A stretch of 64,000 nucleotides of DNA. Source: Burkholderia sp. (GTDB lineage Bacteria; Pseudomonadota; Gammaproteobacteria; Burkholderiales; Burkholderiaceae). Made by a program: the position numbers and the translations under genes. The DNA is taken from NCBI RefSeq assembly GCF_031253835.1, contig NZ_JAIRVP010000068.1. One strand, 5' to 3'. This document shows, piece by piece, positions 9,228 to 21,679 of the stretch. The notes beneath the pieces are model-generated. The model ran no database searches. It was not told where the DNA came from and saw only the letters and a list, made by a program, of their open reading frames with translations. Numbering within the stretch: position 1 is the first letter of the stretch; each line of letters opens with the position of its first letter.

Positions 9228-10025
9228 TCAGGCGCCCGCGTCGCGCAGGCACGTCGCGATGGCGGCCAGCACGTCGTCCGTCCGCTCGCGGTGCGGCATG
9301 TGCCCGCACCTTGCGAGCAGCAGGAACGACGACGGCCCCGCGACACGCGCGGCGATCCGCTTCGGATGCACGTCGGATCCGTACTCGTCGTCTTCGCCGT
9401 GAATCGCGAGCGTCGCGCACTGCACGCGCGGCAGGTCGTCGTCGAGATTCCATTCGCGGAAGGCCGGCGACAGCCACGTGTCGACCCATGCGCGCAGCAC
9501 CCATTCGGCCTTGTCGCCGTGATAGCGCGCGAGCCGGTCGAGTTGCCCCGGTTCGTCGAATTGCTGCCCCGCCGCGCGAATGCCCGCCAGCGTGCGATCC
9601 TCGACGAACGCCTGCGCGGCGACCGTCACGAGCGCGCGGCAGCGATCGGGATGCGCGGCCGCACAGCCCACCGCCATTCCGCCGCCGACGCTGTGTCCGA
9701 ATGCGACGAACGCATCGACACGCAGTTGCTCGAGCACCGCAGCGAACGCATGATCGGCCTCGTCGCGCACGAACGTCGTGCCGAGCGCGCCGGGATGACG
9801 ATCCGAGCGGCCGAAGCCGAGGCGATCGTAGGCGATCACGTCGCGCTGCGCGGCACGCGCGAGTTGCCCGGGAAAGTCGCGCCACAGATCGACGCAGCCG
9901 AGCGAATCGTGCAGCAGCACGATGGGTGCTGCCGCGCCCTGCGCCGGATGCGCACGCCAGCGTTTCGCAAAGAGCCGCCCTTGCGGCGTCTCGACGGTTG
10001 TCTCCTCGGTCACGATATCGGTCAT
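9228..10025 (-). CDS. Alpha/beta hydrolase fold protein
   Basis: It carries the HGG-like motif PIVLLHDSLG and the nucleophile elbow GHSVGGG, and it ends ...ARCGHMPH. Confidence 0.85.
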   Translation of the reverse strand: MTDIVTEETTVETPQGRLFAKRWRAHPAQGAAAPIVLLHDSLGCVDLWRDFPGQLARAAQRDVIAYDRLGFGRSDRHPGALGTTFVRDEADHAFAAVLEQLRVDAFVAFGHSVGGGMAVGCAAAHPDRCRALVTVAAQAFVEDRTLAGIRAAGQQFDEPGQLDRLARYHGDKAEWVLRAWVDTWLSPAFREWNLDDDLPRVQCATLAIHGEDDEYGSDVHPKRIAARVAGPSSFLLLARCGHMPHRERTDDVLAAIATCLRDAGA

Positions 10026-10134
10026 GGGTCGGTCGTCTGCGTGAAAGCGGCCGCACACCGGCGGCCGCATCGAATCGGGACATGGTGGCCTGCCGGCGCG
10101 CGCAGCGTCAAGCAAGCCCCTACGGCCCGCGCGT

Positions 10135-11052
10135 TCATTCGGGCTGCGGCGGCAGGTACTCCATCTGCGCTTCGTCGTACAGCCGGTAGATCAGCGCCTG
10201 CATCGCGCGGATGTCCTCCGATTCGTCGAGCATCCGCATGCTCATGATGATCGGCGACACGAGGTTCGGATCGTCGAGCGGCTTGTAGCTGATGTCGTCG
10301 CGCTTCAGCCCGTACACGCTGTGCGGCACGACCGATACGCCCTCGCCCATCGCGACGAGGCCGAGCGCGATCTGCAGTTCGCGCGTCTCGTAGATCCGGC
10401 GCGGCTGCAGCGCGCGATCGTGGAAGGCTGCGAGCACCTGGTCCGCATAGCTCGGGCGCGGCGCCTTCGGGAAGATGATCAGCGTGTCGTTCACGAGATC
10501 GTGCAGCGACAGCACGGGCTTCGCGCTGTCGAGCACATGGCCGACCGGCAGCGCGACGATCATCCGCTCCTCGCGCAGCACGACGCGCCGCACGCTCGGA
10601 TCCTCGTGGCGGATGCGCCCGAACCCGACGTCGATGCGCCCTTCCTTCAGCGCCTTGATCTGGTCCATCGTCGACATCTCGTGCAGGCTCAGCTCGACGG
10701 CCGGATACTCGCTGCGAAAGCGCCGGATGATCTTCGGCAGCATCCCGTACAGCGTCGAGCCGACGAAACCGACCGACATGCTGCGCTCGATCTTGCCGAC
10801 CCGCTTCGTCATCGATTCGAGTTCGGTCGTCTGCGCGAGCAGCTGCACCGCATGCGAATAGAAGAAGCGCCCCGCATCGGTCAGCTTCAGCGGCCGCGCG
10901 TTGCGCTCGAACAGCGGCACGCCGAGCGCCTCCTCGAGCTGCTGGATCTGCCGGCTCAGCGGCGGCTGCGCGATATGCAGCCGTTCCGCCGCGCGCGTGA
11001 AATTCCGCTCTTCGGCCACCGCGACGAAGTAGCGGAGGTGTCTCAACTCCAT
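10135..11052 (-). CDS. LysR-family transcriptional regulator, CatR/ClcR-like
   Basis: The N-terminus MELRHLRYFVAVAEERNFTRAAERLHIAQPPLSRQIQQLEEALGVPLFER is the CatM/BenM/CbnR-type HTH. Confidence 0.9.
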   Translation of the reverse strand: MELRHLRYFVAVAEERNFTRAAERLHIAQPPLSRQIQQLEEALGVPLFERNARPLKLTDAGRFFYSHAVQLLAQTTELESMTKRVGKIERSMSVGFVGSTLYGMLPKIIRRFRSEYPAVELSLHEMSTMDQIKALKEGRIDVGFGRIRHEDPSVRRVVLREERMIVALPVGHVLDSAKPVLSLHDLVNDTLIIFPKAPRPSYADQVLAAFHDRALQPRRIYETRELQIALGLVAMGEGVSVVPHSVYGLKRDDISYKPLDDPNLVSPIIMSMRMLDESEDIRAMQALIYRLYDEAQMEYLPPQPE

Positions 11053-11218
11053 TTTGATGTCTCCCGGGCAGCGCTCCGGCGCAAACCGCCGCCGGACGAT
11101 GTCGTCACGATACCGCACGCGGCGCCCGCCGCCACGCGCCGCCCAAAGCAAAACGGGAAGCCCGCGAGCTTCCCGTTGCTTCATCGACGCCGTGCGGCGA
11201 TGACGTCACGACCGCGCG

Positions 11219-11464
11219 TCACACCTCGGTCGCGTAGAGCGCATCGCGCTGCGCGTGGCTCAGCGAGTCGAGCGGCACGTCCGGCAGCTGGTAGCAGATC
11301 ATCGTGCCGTACAGCTCGGCGAGACAGTTGCTGCCGGCGTCGAGCGCGTAGCCGTCTTCGCCGTCGGGCGCCGGCGGGTACACTGCGCGCCACGCGTTGA
11401 TCGCGGCTTCGATTCGCACGATGGAAACGGGTCCGGCCTTCCGCTCGGCGGGTGATGCGCTCAT
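11219..11464 (-). CDS. Hypothetical small protein (81 aa)
   Basis: It is an internal start within an ORF-track ORF (MSASPAERKAGPVSIVRIEAAINAWRAVYPP...). Codon usage is typical for this genome and I recognise no domain. Confidence 0.35.
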   Translation of the reverse strand: MSASPAERKAGPVSIVRIEAAINAWRAVYPPAPDGEDGYALDAGSNCLAELYGTMICYQLPDVPLDSLSHAQRDALYATEV

Positions 11465-11728
11465 GGATTCCTCTGGGTTGCGCGCTCCGCGGGCCGTGCC
11501 GGCCCGGATGGAACGATGAAAACGCCGGGCAGGCCGCCGGCCGTCGCGCGCCGCGCGCGCCGGATGCCGATCCGCGCCGCGCCTGTCGCGCCGGCCGGGC
11601 CGTGGCCCGGTAGGGTCGGGCAATATAACCGGCTTTGACCCCGTGCAGGCAAAAGCCGGGCAAAAAAAACGGGAAGCACGCGGCTTCCCGTTTCGTCGAC
11701 CGCCGCGCGGCTGCCTGCCGCGCCTGCG

Positions 11729-13264
11729 TCAGCCCGCGGTTTCGCGGTTCGCCACCGGCTGCTGCTGTGCGCCGCGGCTCGCGGCGATCCACGGCGCGAT
11801 CTCCATGTCTTCGTAGCGCACGAAGCGGCTCTTCTTCAGGAACCGGAAGCCGAGCCAAACGACGAGGAACAGCGGAATGCCGACGTAGGTCGCGGCGACG
11901 CCGGCCCAGTCGATCCGGTTCGCGAGGAACGCCTGGTAATCCTGGCCGAGCGCGATCACGAGGCACAGCACGAACGCGAACAGCGGGCCGAACGGGAACC
12001 ACTTCGACTGGTACGGCAGCTGGTCGAGCGAATAGCCCTGCTTCACGTAGCCCTTGCGGAACCGGTAATGGCTGACCGCGATGCCGAGCCACGCGATGAA
12101 GCCCGTCATCCCCGACGTGTTCAGCAGCCACAGATAGACGGTCTTGTCGCCGTACAGCGACGTGAAGAAGCACAGCGCGCCGACCGCGGTGGTCGCGTAC
12201 AGCGCATTGCGCGGCACGCCGCCCGCCGACAGCATCGCGAACACCTTCGGCGCGCGGCCTTCGGTCGCGAGGGTGTAGAGCATCCGCGTCGACGCGTACA
12301 TGCCCGAGTTGCCGGCCGACAGCACGGCCGTCAGGATCACCGCGTTCATCACGCCGGCCGCGAACGCGAGGCCTGCGTGGCGGAACACGAGCGTAAACGG
12401 GCTCACGCCGATGTCGGTCACGTCCGTCTTCAGCAGGTTCGGGTCGGTATAGGGAATCAGCACGCCGATCACGAAGATCGCGAACACGTAGAACAGCAGG
12501 ATCCGCCAGAACACCTGGCGCACCGCGCGCGGAATCGTCGTGCGCGGGTTTTCCGATTCGCCGGCCGCGACGCCGATCAGCTCGGTGCCCTGGAACGAGA
12601 AGCCCGCGATCATCGCGACGCCCATCAGCGCCGGCAGGCCGCCCGCGAACGGCGCGTCGCCGATCGTCAGGTTGCCCCAGCCGTTGCCCGGCGCGCCCTT
12701 CAGAATGCCGAAGATCATCAGCAGGCCGACGCCGATGAACGCGACCACGGTGACGACCTTGATCAGCGCGAACCAGTATTCGGCTTCGCCAAAGCCGCGC
12801 ACGGTGAGCGCGTTGAGCAGGAACATCACGCCGAGGAAGGCCGCGCTCCACCACACGCCCGGCACGTCCGGAAACCAGTAGTGCATCACGAGCTGCGCGG
12901 CGACGAGCTCCACCGCGATCGTCACGGCCCAGTTGTACCAGTAGTTCCAGCCGAGCGCGAAGCCGAAGCCTTCGTCCACGTATTTCGCGCCGTAGGTCGC
13001 GAACGAGCCCGACACCGGCATGAACGCGGCCATCTCGCCGAGGCTCGTCATCAGGAAGTACACCATCAGGCCGATCAGCATGTACGCGACCATCGCGCCG
13101 CCGGGGCCGGCCTGCGAGATCGACGCGCCGGACGCGACGAACAGGCCCGTGCCGATCGAGCCGCCGATGGCGATCATCGTCAGGTGGCGCGCCTTCAGCG
13201 CGCGATGAAGCTTGGGTGGGTTCGCGGACGAACCGGGTGGGTCGGAATTCGGAATTGCGGACAT
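11729..13264 (-). CDS. lysP: Lysine-specific permease (APC family amino-acid transporter)
   Basis: From the internal start MSAIPNSD...KLHRALKARHLTMIAIGGSIGTGLFVASGASISQAGPGGAMVAYMLIGLMVYFLMTSLGEMAAFMPVSGSFATYG the protein is near-collinear with E. coli LysP along the whole length. Confidence 0.9.
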   Translation of the reverse strand: MSAIPNSDPPGSSANPPKLHRALKARHLTMIAIGGSIGTGLFVASGASISQAGPGGAMVAYMLIGLMVYFLMTSLGEMAAFMPVSGSFATYGAKYVDEGFGFALGWNYWYNWAVTIAVELVAAQLVMHYWFPDVPGVWWSAAFLGVMFLLNALTVRGFGEAEYWFALIKVVTVVAFIGVGLLMIFGILKGAPGNGWGNLTIGDAPFAGGLPALMGVAMIAGFSFQGTELIGVAAGESENPRTTIPRAVRQVFWRILLFYVFAIFVIGVLIPYTDPNLLKTDVTDIGVSPFTLVFRHAGLAFAAGVMNAVILTAVLSAGNSGMYASTRMLYTLATEGRAPKVFAMLSAGGVPRNALYATTAVGALCFFTSLYGDKTVYLWLLNTSGMTGFIAWLGIAVSHYRFRKGYVKQGYSLDQLPYQSKWFPFGPLFAFVLCLVIALGQDYQAFLANRIDWAGVAATYVGIPLFLVVWLGFRFLKKSRFVRYEDMEIAPWIAASRGAQQQPVANRETAG

Positions 13265-13850
13265 AAACGAGACGAACGTTGAGCGGGCCGGCATCCGTAG
13301 CCGGCGCATGCGGAATCGGAGCGCGGTGCGCGTCCTGCGATGCATTCGATGCGGCCCCGATACGCGTTGCGCGGCGGGCGCCTGCGGCGAAGCGCGGATT
13401 CTACCTGATTCGCCAAGGGGACAGCTCAGGTCGGCACGCCTGCCATCGCGGGGAGATTTCGCGGAATCAACGAGTTGGCTGTGCCGGCGCAGCCCCAACC
13501 GCATGCCGGCACAAAAACCATGTTTTTCTCGGGGTTATTCGGTTTTTCATTCCAGCCTGAAAGTAGGCAATCCTGTCCCGATCCGCCAAATACCGCGTTG
13601 ATACGCAAAATCGACCGGTCGTCACGCCATTAATCAGACAAAACGACCGGAACTGATATTTGATTCAAATCAAATCGCCCGCGCGCGATGCGGTAATGAT
13701 GCGTAACAGTTTCGAATCGCCGTTTCCGCATGCATGTTTTGCATGCACACGCGAAAATCAGGAAATCGCGAGATAATGCGGTTTAATTCGAAATAATCCG
13801 CGCGCGGAACCGCCAGCCACGCGAATATCCGCCGTCCGCCACCCCCGAGG

Positions 13851-15383
13851 ATGAAGTCACTCCCGCTGCCCGCCACGCTGCGCCGCCATACCGCGTCGAT
13901 CGTGGCACGCATTCTGTCTCCCCGCGGCGTGCTCGTTGCGGGCATCCTGCTGCTGATGTTCAGTTGGGGACTTTCCACGTCGCTATTAATCGAGGCGCGG
14001 CGCGACGCGTATGGCCATGCGGTCGAAAATGCACGCAACCTGATGCTGCTGATCGAGCGCGATATCGCGCGCAATATCGAACTCTACGATTTGTCGCTGC
14101 AAAACGTCGTCGACGGCGTCACCGATCCCGAACTGATGACATTGCCGCCGCGCCAGCGCCACCGGCTGCTGTTCGACCGCGCGGCGACCGGCGAGTATCT
14201 CGGCTCGATATTCGTGATGGATCCGCACGGCAATATCGTGATCGATTCGACTGCGTCGCCTGCCCGGCAAGGCAATTTCGCCGACCGCGACTATTTCGCC
14301 GTGCATCGCAACCGGCTCGCGCAGGGCCTCTACATCAGCCGGCCCTACGCGTCCCGGCTGCGCGGCGGCGCCCTGACGATCGCGCTCAGCCGCCGGATCA
14401 CCCTGCCCGACGGCAGTTTCGGCGGCATCGTCGTCGGCACGCTCAGCATCGACTACTTCCGCGCGCTGCTCGACGGCCTCGCGGTCGGCCGGCACGGCAG
14501 CGCGGCGATCGTCGAGGACAACGGCACGCTCGTGTCGCGCCTGCCGTACGACACGCGCGTGGTCGGCCTCGACCTGCACGACTCGCCGCTGTTCATCGAG
14601 TCGCAGCGCAGCCGCAACGGCGAGCTGACCGGCACCGGCGCGATCGACGGCGTCCGGCGCATCTATGTTTACAAGCATCTCGCCGGCCTGCCGCTGGTCG
14701 TCGACGTCGCGCCGGCCGAGATCGACATCTACGCGTCATGGCACCACCGCGCGATCTGGACCGTCGTGCTGATGTGCCTGTTCACCGGGTTCATCGCGTG
14801 GGGATCGCTCGCGCTGTCGCGCGAACTGAAGCGCCGGCAGGTCGCCGAATCGAAGCTGTACCGGCTCGCGCACACCGATTCGCTGACGGGCCTCGACAAC
14901 CGCGGCACGTTCGACACGGTGCTCGCGAAGGAGGCCCAGCGCGCGGCACGCAGCGGCCGGCCGCTGTCCGTGCTGTTCGTCGACGTCGATCACTTCAAGG
15001 CATTCAACGACTACTACGGCCACCCGGCCGGCGACGACGTGCTGCGCCGCGTCGCGCAATCCGCATCGGGCTGCCTGCGCCGCAACAGCGACCATGTCGC
15101 GCGCTACGGCGGCGAGGAATTCGTCGTCACGCTGCCCGATACCGACACGCAAGGCGCGGCCACCGTTGCCGAAGCCATCCGGCGCGCGATCGCGGAGCTC
15201 GGCATCGAGCACGTGAAGAGCCCGTACGGGCGCGTCACGGCCAGCATCGGCACGGCGACCTCCGCCGACGGCCGGATGAACGCCGCGACGCTGCTGCGGC
15301 GCGCCGACGAAGCGCTGTACCGCGCGAAGTCCGGCGGCCGCAACCGCGTGCTCGAAGCGCTGCCGACCACGGCCGACGCGTGA
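13851..15383 (+). CDS. Sensor diguanylate cyclase: an N-terminal periplasmic (Cache-like) sensor between two TM helices, followed by a GGDEF domain
   Basis: TM helices flank a domain of about 250 aa. The GGDEF domain carries the RYGGEEF active site and the inhibitory site RxxD (RRNSDHVARYGGEEF). Confidence 0.9.
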   Translation: MKSLPLPATLRRHTASIVARILSPRGVLVAGILLLMFSWGLSTSLLIEARRDAYGHAVENARNLMLLIERDIARNIELYDLSLQNVVDGVTDPELMTLPPRQRHRLLFDRAATGEYLGSIFVMDPHGNIVIDSTASPARQGNFADRDYFAVHRNRLAQGLYISRPYASRLRGGALTIALSRRITLPDGSFGGIVVGTLSIDYFRALLDGLAVGRHGSAAIVEDNGTLVSRLPYDTRVVGLDLHDSPLFIESQRSRNGELTGTGAIDGVRRIYVYKHLAGLPLVVDVAPAEIDIYASWHHRAIWTVVLMCLFTGFIAWGSLALSRELKRRQVAESKLYRLAHTDSLTGLDNRGTFDTVLAKEAQRAARSGRPLSVLFVDVDHFKAFNDYYGHPAGDDVLRRVAQSASGCLRRNSDHVARYGGEEFVVTLPDTDTQGAATVAEAIRRAIAELGIEHVKSPYGRVTASIGTATSADGRMNAATLLRRADEALYRAKSGGRNRVLEALPTTADA

Positions 15384-15523
15384 CGTCCCGCGTCGCGACC
15401 GGGCGCGGCGGCCGCGCCGTGGACAGCCCGCGCGCGTTCGGTTAGCGTGACGTCTGCTGCGCAAGCGGCGCTGCGCCGGCCCGCGCACGCCGCCGTGCGA
15501 ATTCCGGCCACCTCCGTTCCGTC

Positions 15524-18257
<2,734 letters not shown>

Positions 18258-18471
18258 GTCGTTTCGCTCGACGCCGTGCCGCATCGCTGCATGCGGCACG
18301 GTCGGGCAGGCTGCATGTGTGACGCATCATCGCGCACGCAGCCTGCCGCTCTCCCTCCCCGCCTTTCCGCTTTCCCCCTGCATTCGCATCACGCCGCGTG
18401 ATGCACCCACGGCACTGCACCGCCGCGCCAGTCATGGCAAGCTGAGAGTCGTCCGATTTCTTCGTTGCCCC

Positions 18472-18969
18472 ATGACCACCCTGACCGTCATTCACCTGAA
18501 CGGCCCGATCAACAGCGGCAAGACGACGATCGGCATGGCACTCGCGCGGCGGCTGCCCGATGCACGCTTCATCGACGGCGACGATCACGACACGCCCGAA
18601 GATGCGCCGTTCGACGTGCAGTGGGCGATCGCGCTCGAACGCCTCGTCACGCAGATCGCGATCGCACGCGAGCGTCATCTGGTCATCGCCTATCCGATCG
18701 GCGAAGCAGAATTCGAACGGCTGCGCGCCGCCTGCGATGCACGCGATGCGCGGTTGTTCGTCGTGACGCTCGCCCCACCTGAAGCGATCGCGTCGTCGAA
18801 TCGCGGCTCGCGCGCGCTGACGGACTGGGAGCGCAACCGGATCGCCGAGATGTATCGCGAAGGCTATGCGTCGCGGCCGTTCAGCCAGATGGTGCTGGAT
18901 ACGTCCGGCGCGACGCCCGATGCGTGTGCGGCGCGCATCGCGCAGCACGTCGCGGCTACGGCGCCGTAA
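18472..18969 (+). CDS. P-loop NTPase / small-molecule kinase-like protein (AAA_33 / chloramphenicol-phosphotransferase-like fold)
   Basis: The protein has the Walker A motif LNGPINSGKTT and is 165 aa long. Confidence 0.65.
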   Translation: MTTLTVIHLNGPINSGKTTIGMALARRLPDARFIDGDDHDTPEDAPFDVQWAIALERLVTQIAIARERHLVIAYPIGEAEFERLRAACDARDARLFVVTLAPPEAIASSNRGSRALTDWERNRIAEMYREGYASRPFSQMVLDTSGATPDACAARIAQHVAATAP

Positions 18970-19317
18970 CGCCCGCGCCTGCATGCACACCTCAGTACCG
19001 ATACGCGAATGACGCGCGCCTCGGCTCGGCGGAAAATGCAAAAAAAGGAAAACGTTTACTCTTTCAAGGCTTCTTGCTAGCATCGTCCCCGACCGGCTGA
19101 CACAAACCATCCGGAAAGCCGATCGAAAGCCTCACGAATTTCAGCAATATCGTCGTTAAATCCTAGTTTCACCAACCGCTGTCGAGTCACACCTGCTTTC
19201 TGTATTTTGGAGTGCTTTCTACAGGGCTGCGACCGCTTTCCCGGCGATCTCATGCCTAAAAAGGAAAACGTTATCCACAACGTGGCGCCCAGCCACGGAC
19301 CATCAGAGAGAGACACC

Positions 19318-20112
19318 ATGAAGAACCGGATCATCCCGTGCGTCGTCGCCGTCCTGTCCGTCGCGTTCCTTTCCGCCTGCGGCGGTGACGACCCGGCCAG
19401 CCCGGCCGCCGCCGCGCGCCAGCAGGCCACCGCAATGGCGCTCAGTCCGTCGAATCCGCCCGGCTCGAACTTCAACCTTGCGCCGTTCACGCTGCAGTTG
19501 CCGACCGGCTCGTCCGGCAAGGTCGACACCGTGAGCGGCTCGTCGCTCGCGGGCGGCTACGTGAACCCGACGTATTTCTACACGGACGGCAGCGACGGCT
19601 CGATGGTGATGATGGACCCGACGCAGGGCTGGACGACGTCCGGCTCGCTGCATCCGCGCACGGAGTTGCGCGAGAACGCGATCTGGCCGACGTCCGGCAC
19701 CAACCGGCTGAATGCGACGGTGGCCGTCACGCAGGTGCCCGATCACACGACGATCGGCCAGATCTTCCAGGGCACCGGCCCGAGCAAGCCGCTGTGCGAA
19801 TTGCAGTTCACGTCCGGCGGCGTCGTGCAACTGCTACTCGAAAGCACGAACCAGGGCGGCAAGTCGACGACCACGCCGATCACGACGGTCGGCGTCGGCA
19901 AGAAATTCAGCTATGCGCTGAGCCTGAGCGGCACGACGATCACCGTCACCGCGAACGGCACGACCAGGACCTTCACGATGGATTCGAGCTTCGACGGCGA
20001 GAGCTTCTACTTCAAGGCGGGCGACTACGACCAGACGGCCGTGTCCGGCACGCCACTGACGACACCCGGCACCGTCGTGAAGTTCTATGCGCTGACGCTC
20101 ACGCACAGCTGA
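19318..20112 (+). CDS. Lipoprotein with a PL7 (alginate lyase 2)-like jelly-roll domain
   Basis: The lipobox is VAFLSACGG. PL7-like blocks RTELRE, IGQIFQ and FYFKAGDYDQ are present, but the canonical QIH histidine reads QIF here. Confidence 0.6.
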   Translation: MKNRIIPCVVAVLSVAFLSACGGDDPASPAAAARQQATAMALSPSNPPGSNFNLAPFTLQLPTGSSGKVDTVSGSSLAGGYVNPTYFYTDGSDGSMVMMDPTQGWTTSGSLHPRTELRENAIWPTSGTNRLNATVAVTQVPDHTTIGQIFQGTGPSKPLCELQFTSGGVVQLLLESTNQGGKSTTTPITTVGVGKKFSYALSLSGTTITVTANGTTRTFTMDSSFDGESFYFKAGDYDQTAVSGTPLTTPGTVVKFYALTLTHS

Positions 20113-20193
20113 AGCCGATCGTGCGTCACGACGCATGAAGCCGGGCGGGCACGCAACGCGCATCCGCCCGGCTTTGCTGCGCATATGCGACGC

Positions 20194-21504
20194 TTACAAG
20201 TGATGCCGCACCCCCGACTCGACCGCTTCCCGCGCCCCCTTGCGGCTCAGCATCAGCGTGACGACCGCCGACACCGCGAGCGTGCCAGCCACCACATACA
20301 GCCCGGCCGCGTACCCGCCCGTCACATGCTTCAGCCAGCCGATCGCGAACGGCCCGACGAACCCGCCGAGGTTGCCGATCGAGTTGATCATCGCGATCCC
20401 CGCCGCCGCACCGGCACCCGACAGGAACGCGCTCGGCATCGCCCACAGCGGCGCCTTCGCGGCGCTGATCCCGATGTTGACGACGACCAGCGCGAGTACG
20501 GTCAGCAGCGCGGTGCTCGCCTGCCCCGCGAACACGAAGCCGATGCAGGCGAGCACGCATGGAATCACGACGTGCCACGTGCGCTCGCCGGTGCGATCCG
20601 AATGCCGCGCCCACACGATCATCGCGACGACGGCGGCGATGCTCGGGATGCCGGTCAGCAAGCCCGTCTGCAGCGCGGTGAAGCCGAACTGCTTGACCAT
20701 CAGCGGCGCCCACAGCCCGAGCGTATAGAGCCCCGCCGACGTGCCGAAGTAGATCAGCGCGAGCGCCAGCACACGCGGATCGCGCAGCGCCTGCCACGCG
20801 CCGGCCGTGTGCCCCGCATGCGTGTGACGCGCGTCGGCTTCGGCCTTCAGCTTCGCGATCAGCCAGTCGCGCTCGTCGGCGCGCAGCCATGCGGCCTTCG
20901 ACGGCGAATCGGTCAGGCACTTCAGCACGACGAAGCCGAGCACGACCGCCGGCAGCGCCTCGACGATGTACAGCATCTGCCAGTCGGCGAGCCCGAACAT
21001 CGGCGGCATCTGCATGATCGCGCCCGACAGCGGCGAACCGATCGCGGTGGAGATCGGCGCGGCCGCCATGAACCACGCGGCGGCCACCGCGCGCTGCTTC
21101 GCGGGAAACCACAGGCTCAGGTACAGGATGATGCCGGGGAAGAAGCCGGCTTCCGCGATGCCGAGCAGGAAGCGCAGCACGTAGAAGCTTGTCGGCCCGG
21201 CCGCGAACGCGGACACGGCCGACACGATGCCCCACGTGATCATCACGCGCGCGATCCAGATGCGTGCGCCGACACGGTGGAGAATCAGGTTGCTCGGCAC
21301 TTCGAAGAGAAAGTAGCCGATGAAGAACAGGCCGCCGCCGAACCCGAACGCGGTCGGCGACAGGCCGATCGCCTTGTTCATCGTCATCGCCGCGAAGCCG
21401 ACGTTGACGCGATCGAGAAAGCTGACGAAGTAAAGCAGCATCACGAACGGAATGATGCGCCACATCAGTTTCCGCGCGACACGGGTTTCCAGATCCGCTT
21501 GCAT
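20194..21504 (-). CDS. MFS transporter of the anion:cation symporter (ACS) family (tartrate / phthalate-permease type)
   Basis: Twelve TM helices are predicted, and the start of the protein is MWRIIPFVMLLYFVSFLDRVNVGFAAMTMNKAIGLS. Confidence 0.9.
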   Translation of the reverse strand: MQADLETRVARKLMWRIIPFVMLLYFVSFLDRVNVGFAAMTMNKAIGLSPTAFGFGGGLFFIGYFLFEVPSNLILHRVGARIWIARVMITWGIVSAVSAFAAGPTSFYVLRFLLGIAEAGFFPGIILYLSLWFPAKQRAVAAAWFMAAAPISTAIGSPLSGAIMQMPPMFGLADWQMLYIVEALPAVVLGFVVLKCLTDSPSKAAWLRADERDWLIAKLKAEADARHTHAGHTAGAWQALRDPRVLALALIYFGTSAGLYTLGLWAPLMVKQFGFTALQTGLLTGIPSIAAVVAMIVWARHSDRTGERTWHVVIPCVLACIGFVFAGQASTALLTVLALVVVNIGISAAKAPLWAMPSAFLSGAGAAAGIAMINSIGNLGGFVGPFAIGWLKHVTGGYAAGLYVVAGTLAVSAVVTLMLSRKGAREAVESGVRHHL

Positions 21505-21679
21505 GTGTCTCCTCCTTCGAGGTCGAGCCGTGCTCTGTCTGTGAATGCTCGCCGGCGCCGCATTGAAGCGGGCGGCCGGCGCCCGGCTCGCGTCGGATGC
21601 GCGAGTCCGGGCAAGAAAATTCCGGATAACGAACGGACGGCGGCTTGCCGGTGATGCAGGCGCGCCGCCCGCCGGATCG

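Noticed and set aside
6974-9402. Long ORFs antisense to or out of frame with the MCE gene (536 aa minus-strand ORF at 6974-8584; 757 aa plus-strand ORF at 7129-9402)
   Set aside because: Their composition is Arg-rich low-complexity, and they overlap a coherent MCE-domain reading frame as well as the downstream membrane protein and hydrolase genes.
11181-12854. 557-aa minus-strand ORF overlapping lysP in another frame
   Set aside because: It is a shadow ORF. The lysP frame gives a near full-length LysP match, and the alternative frame is Arg/Asp-rich with no domains.
19207-19317. Upstream extension of the PL7-like lipoprotein ORF (MECFLQGCDRFPGDLMPKKENVIHN...)
   Set aside because: The extension would place the signal peptide and lipobox more than 40 residues from the N-terminus. 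The start at 19318 gives a canonical lipoprotein signal, and the upstream segment is more plausibly the repeated leader element.
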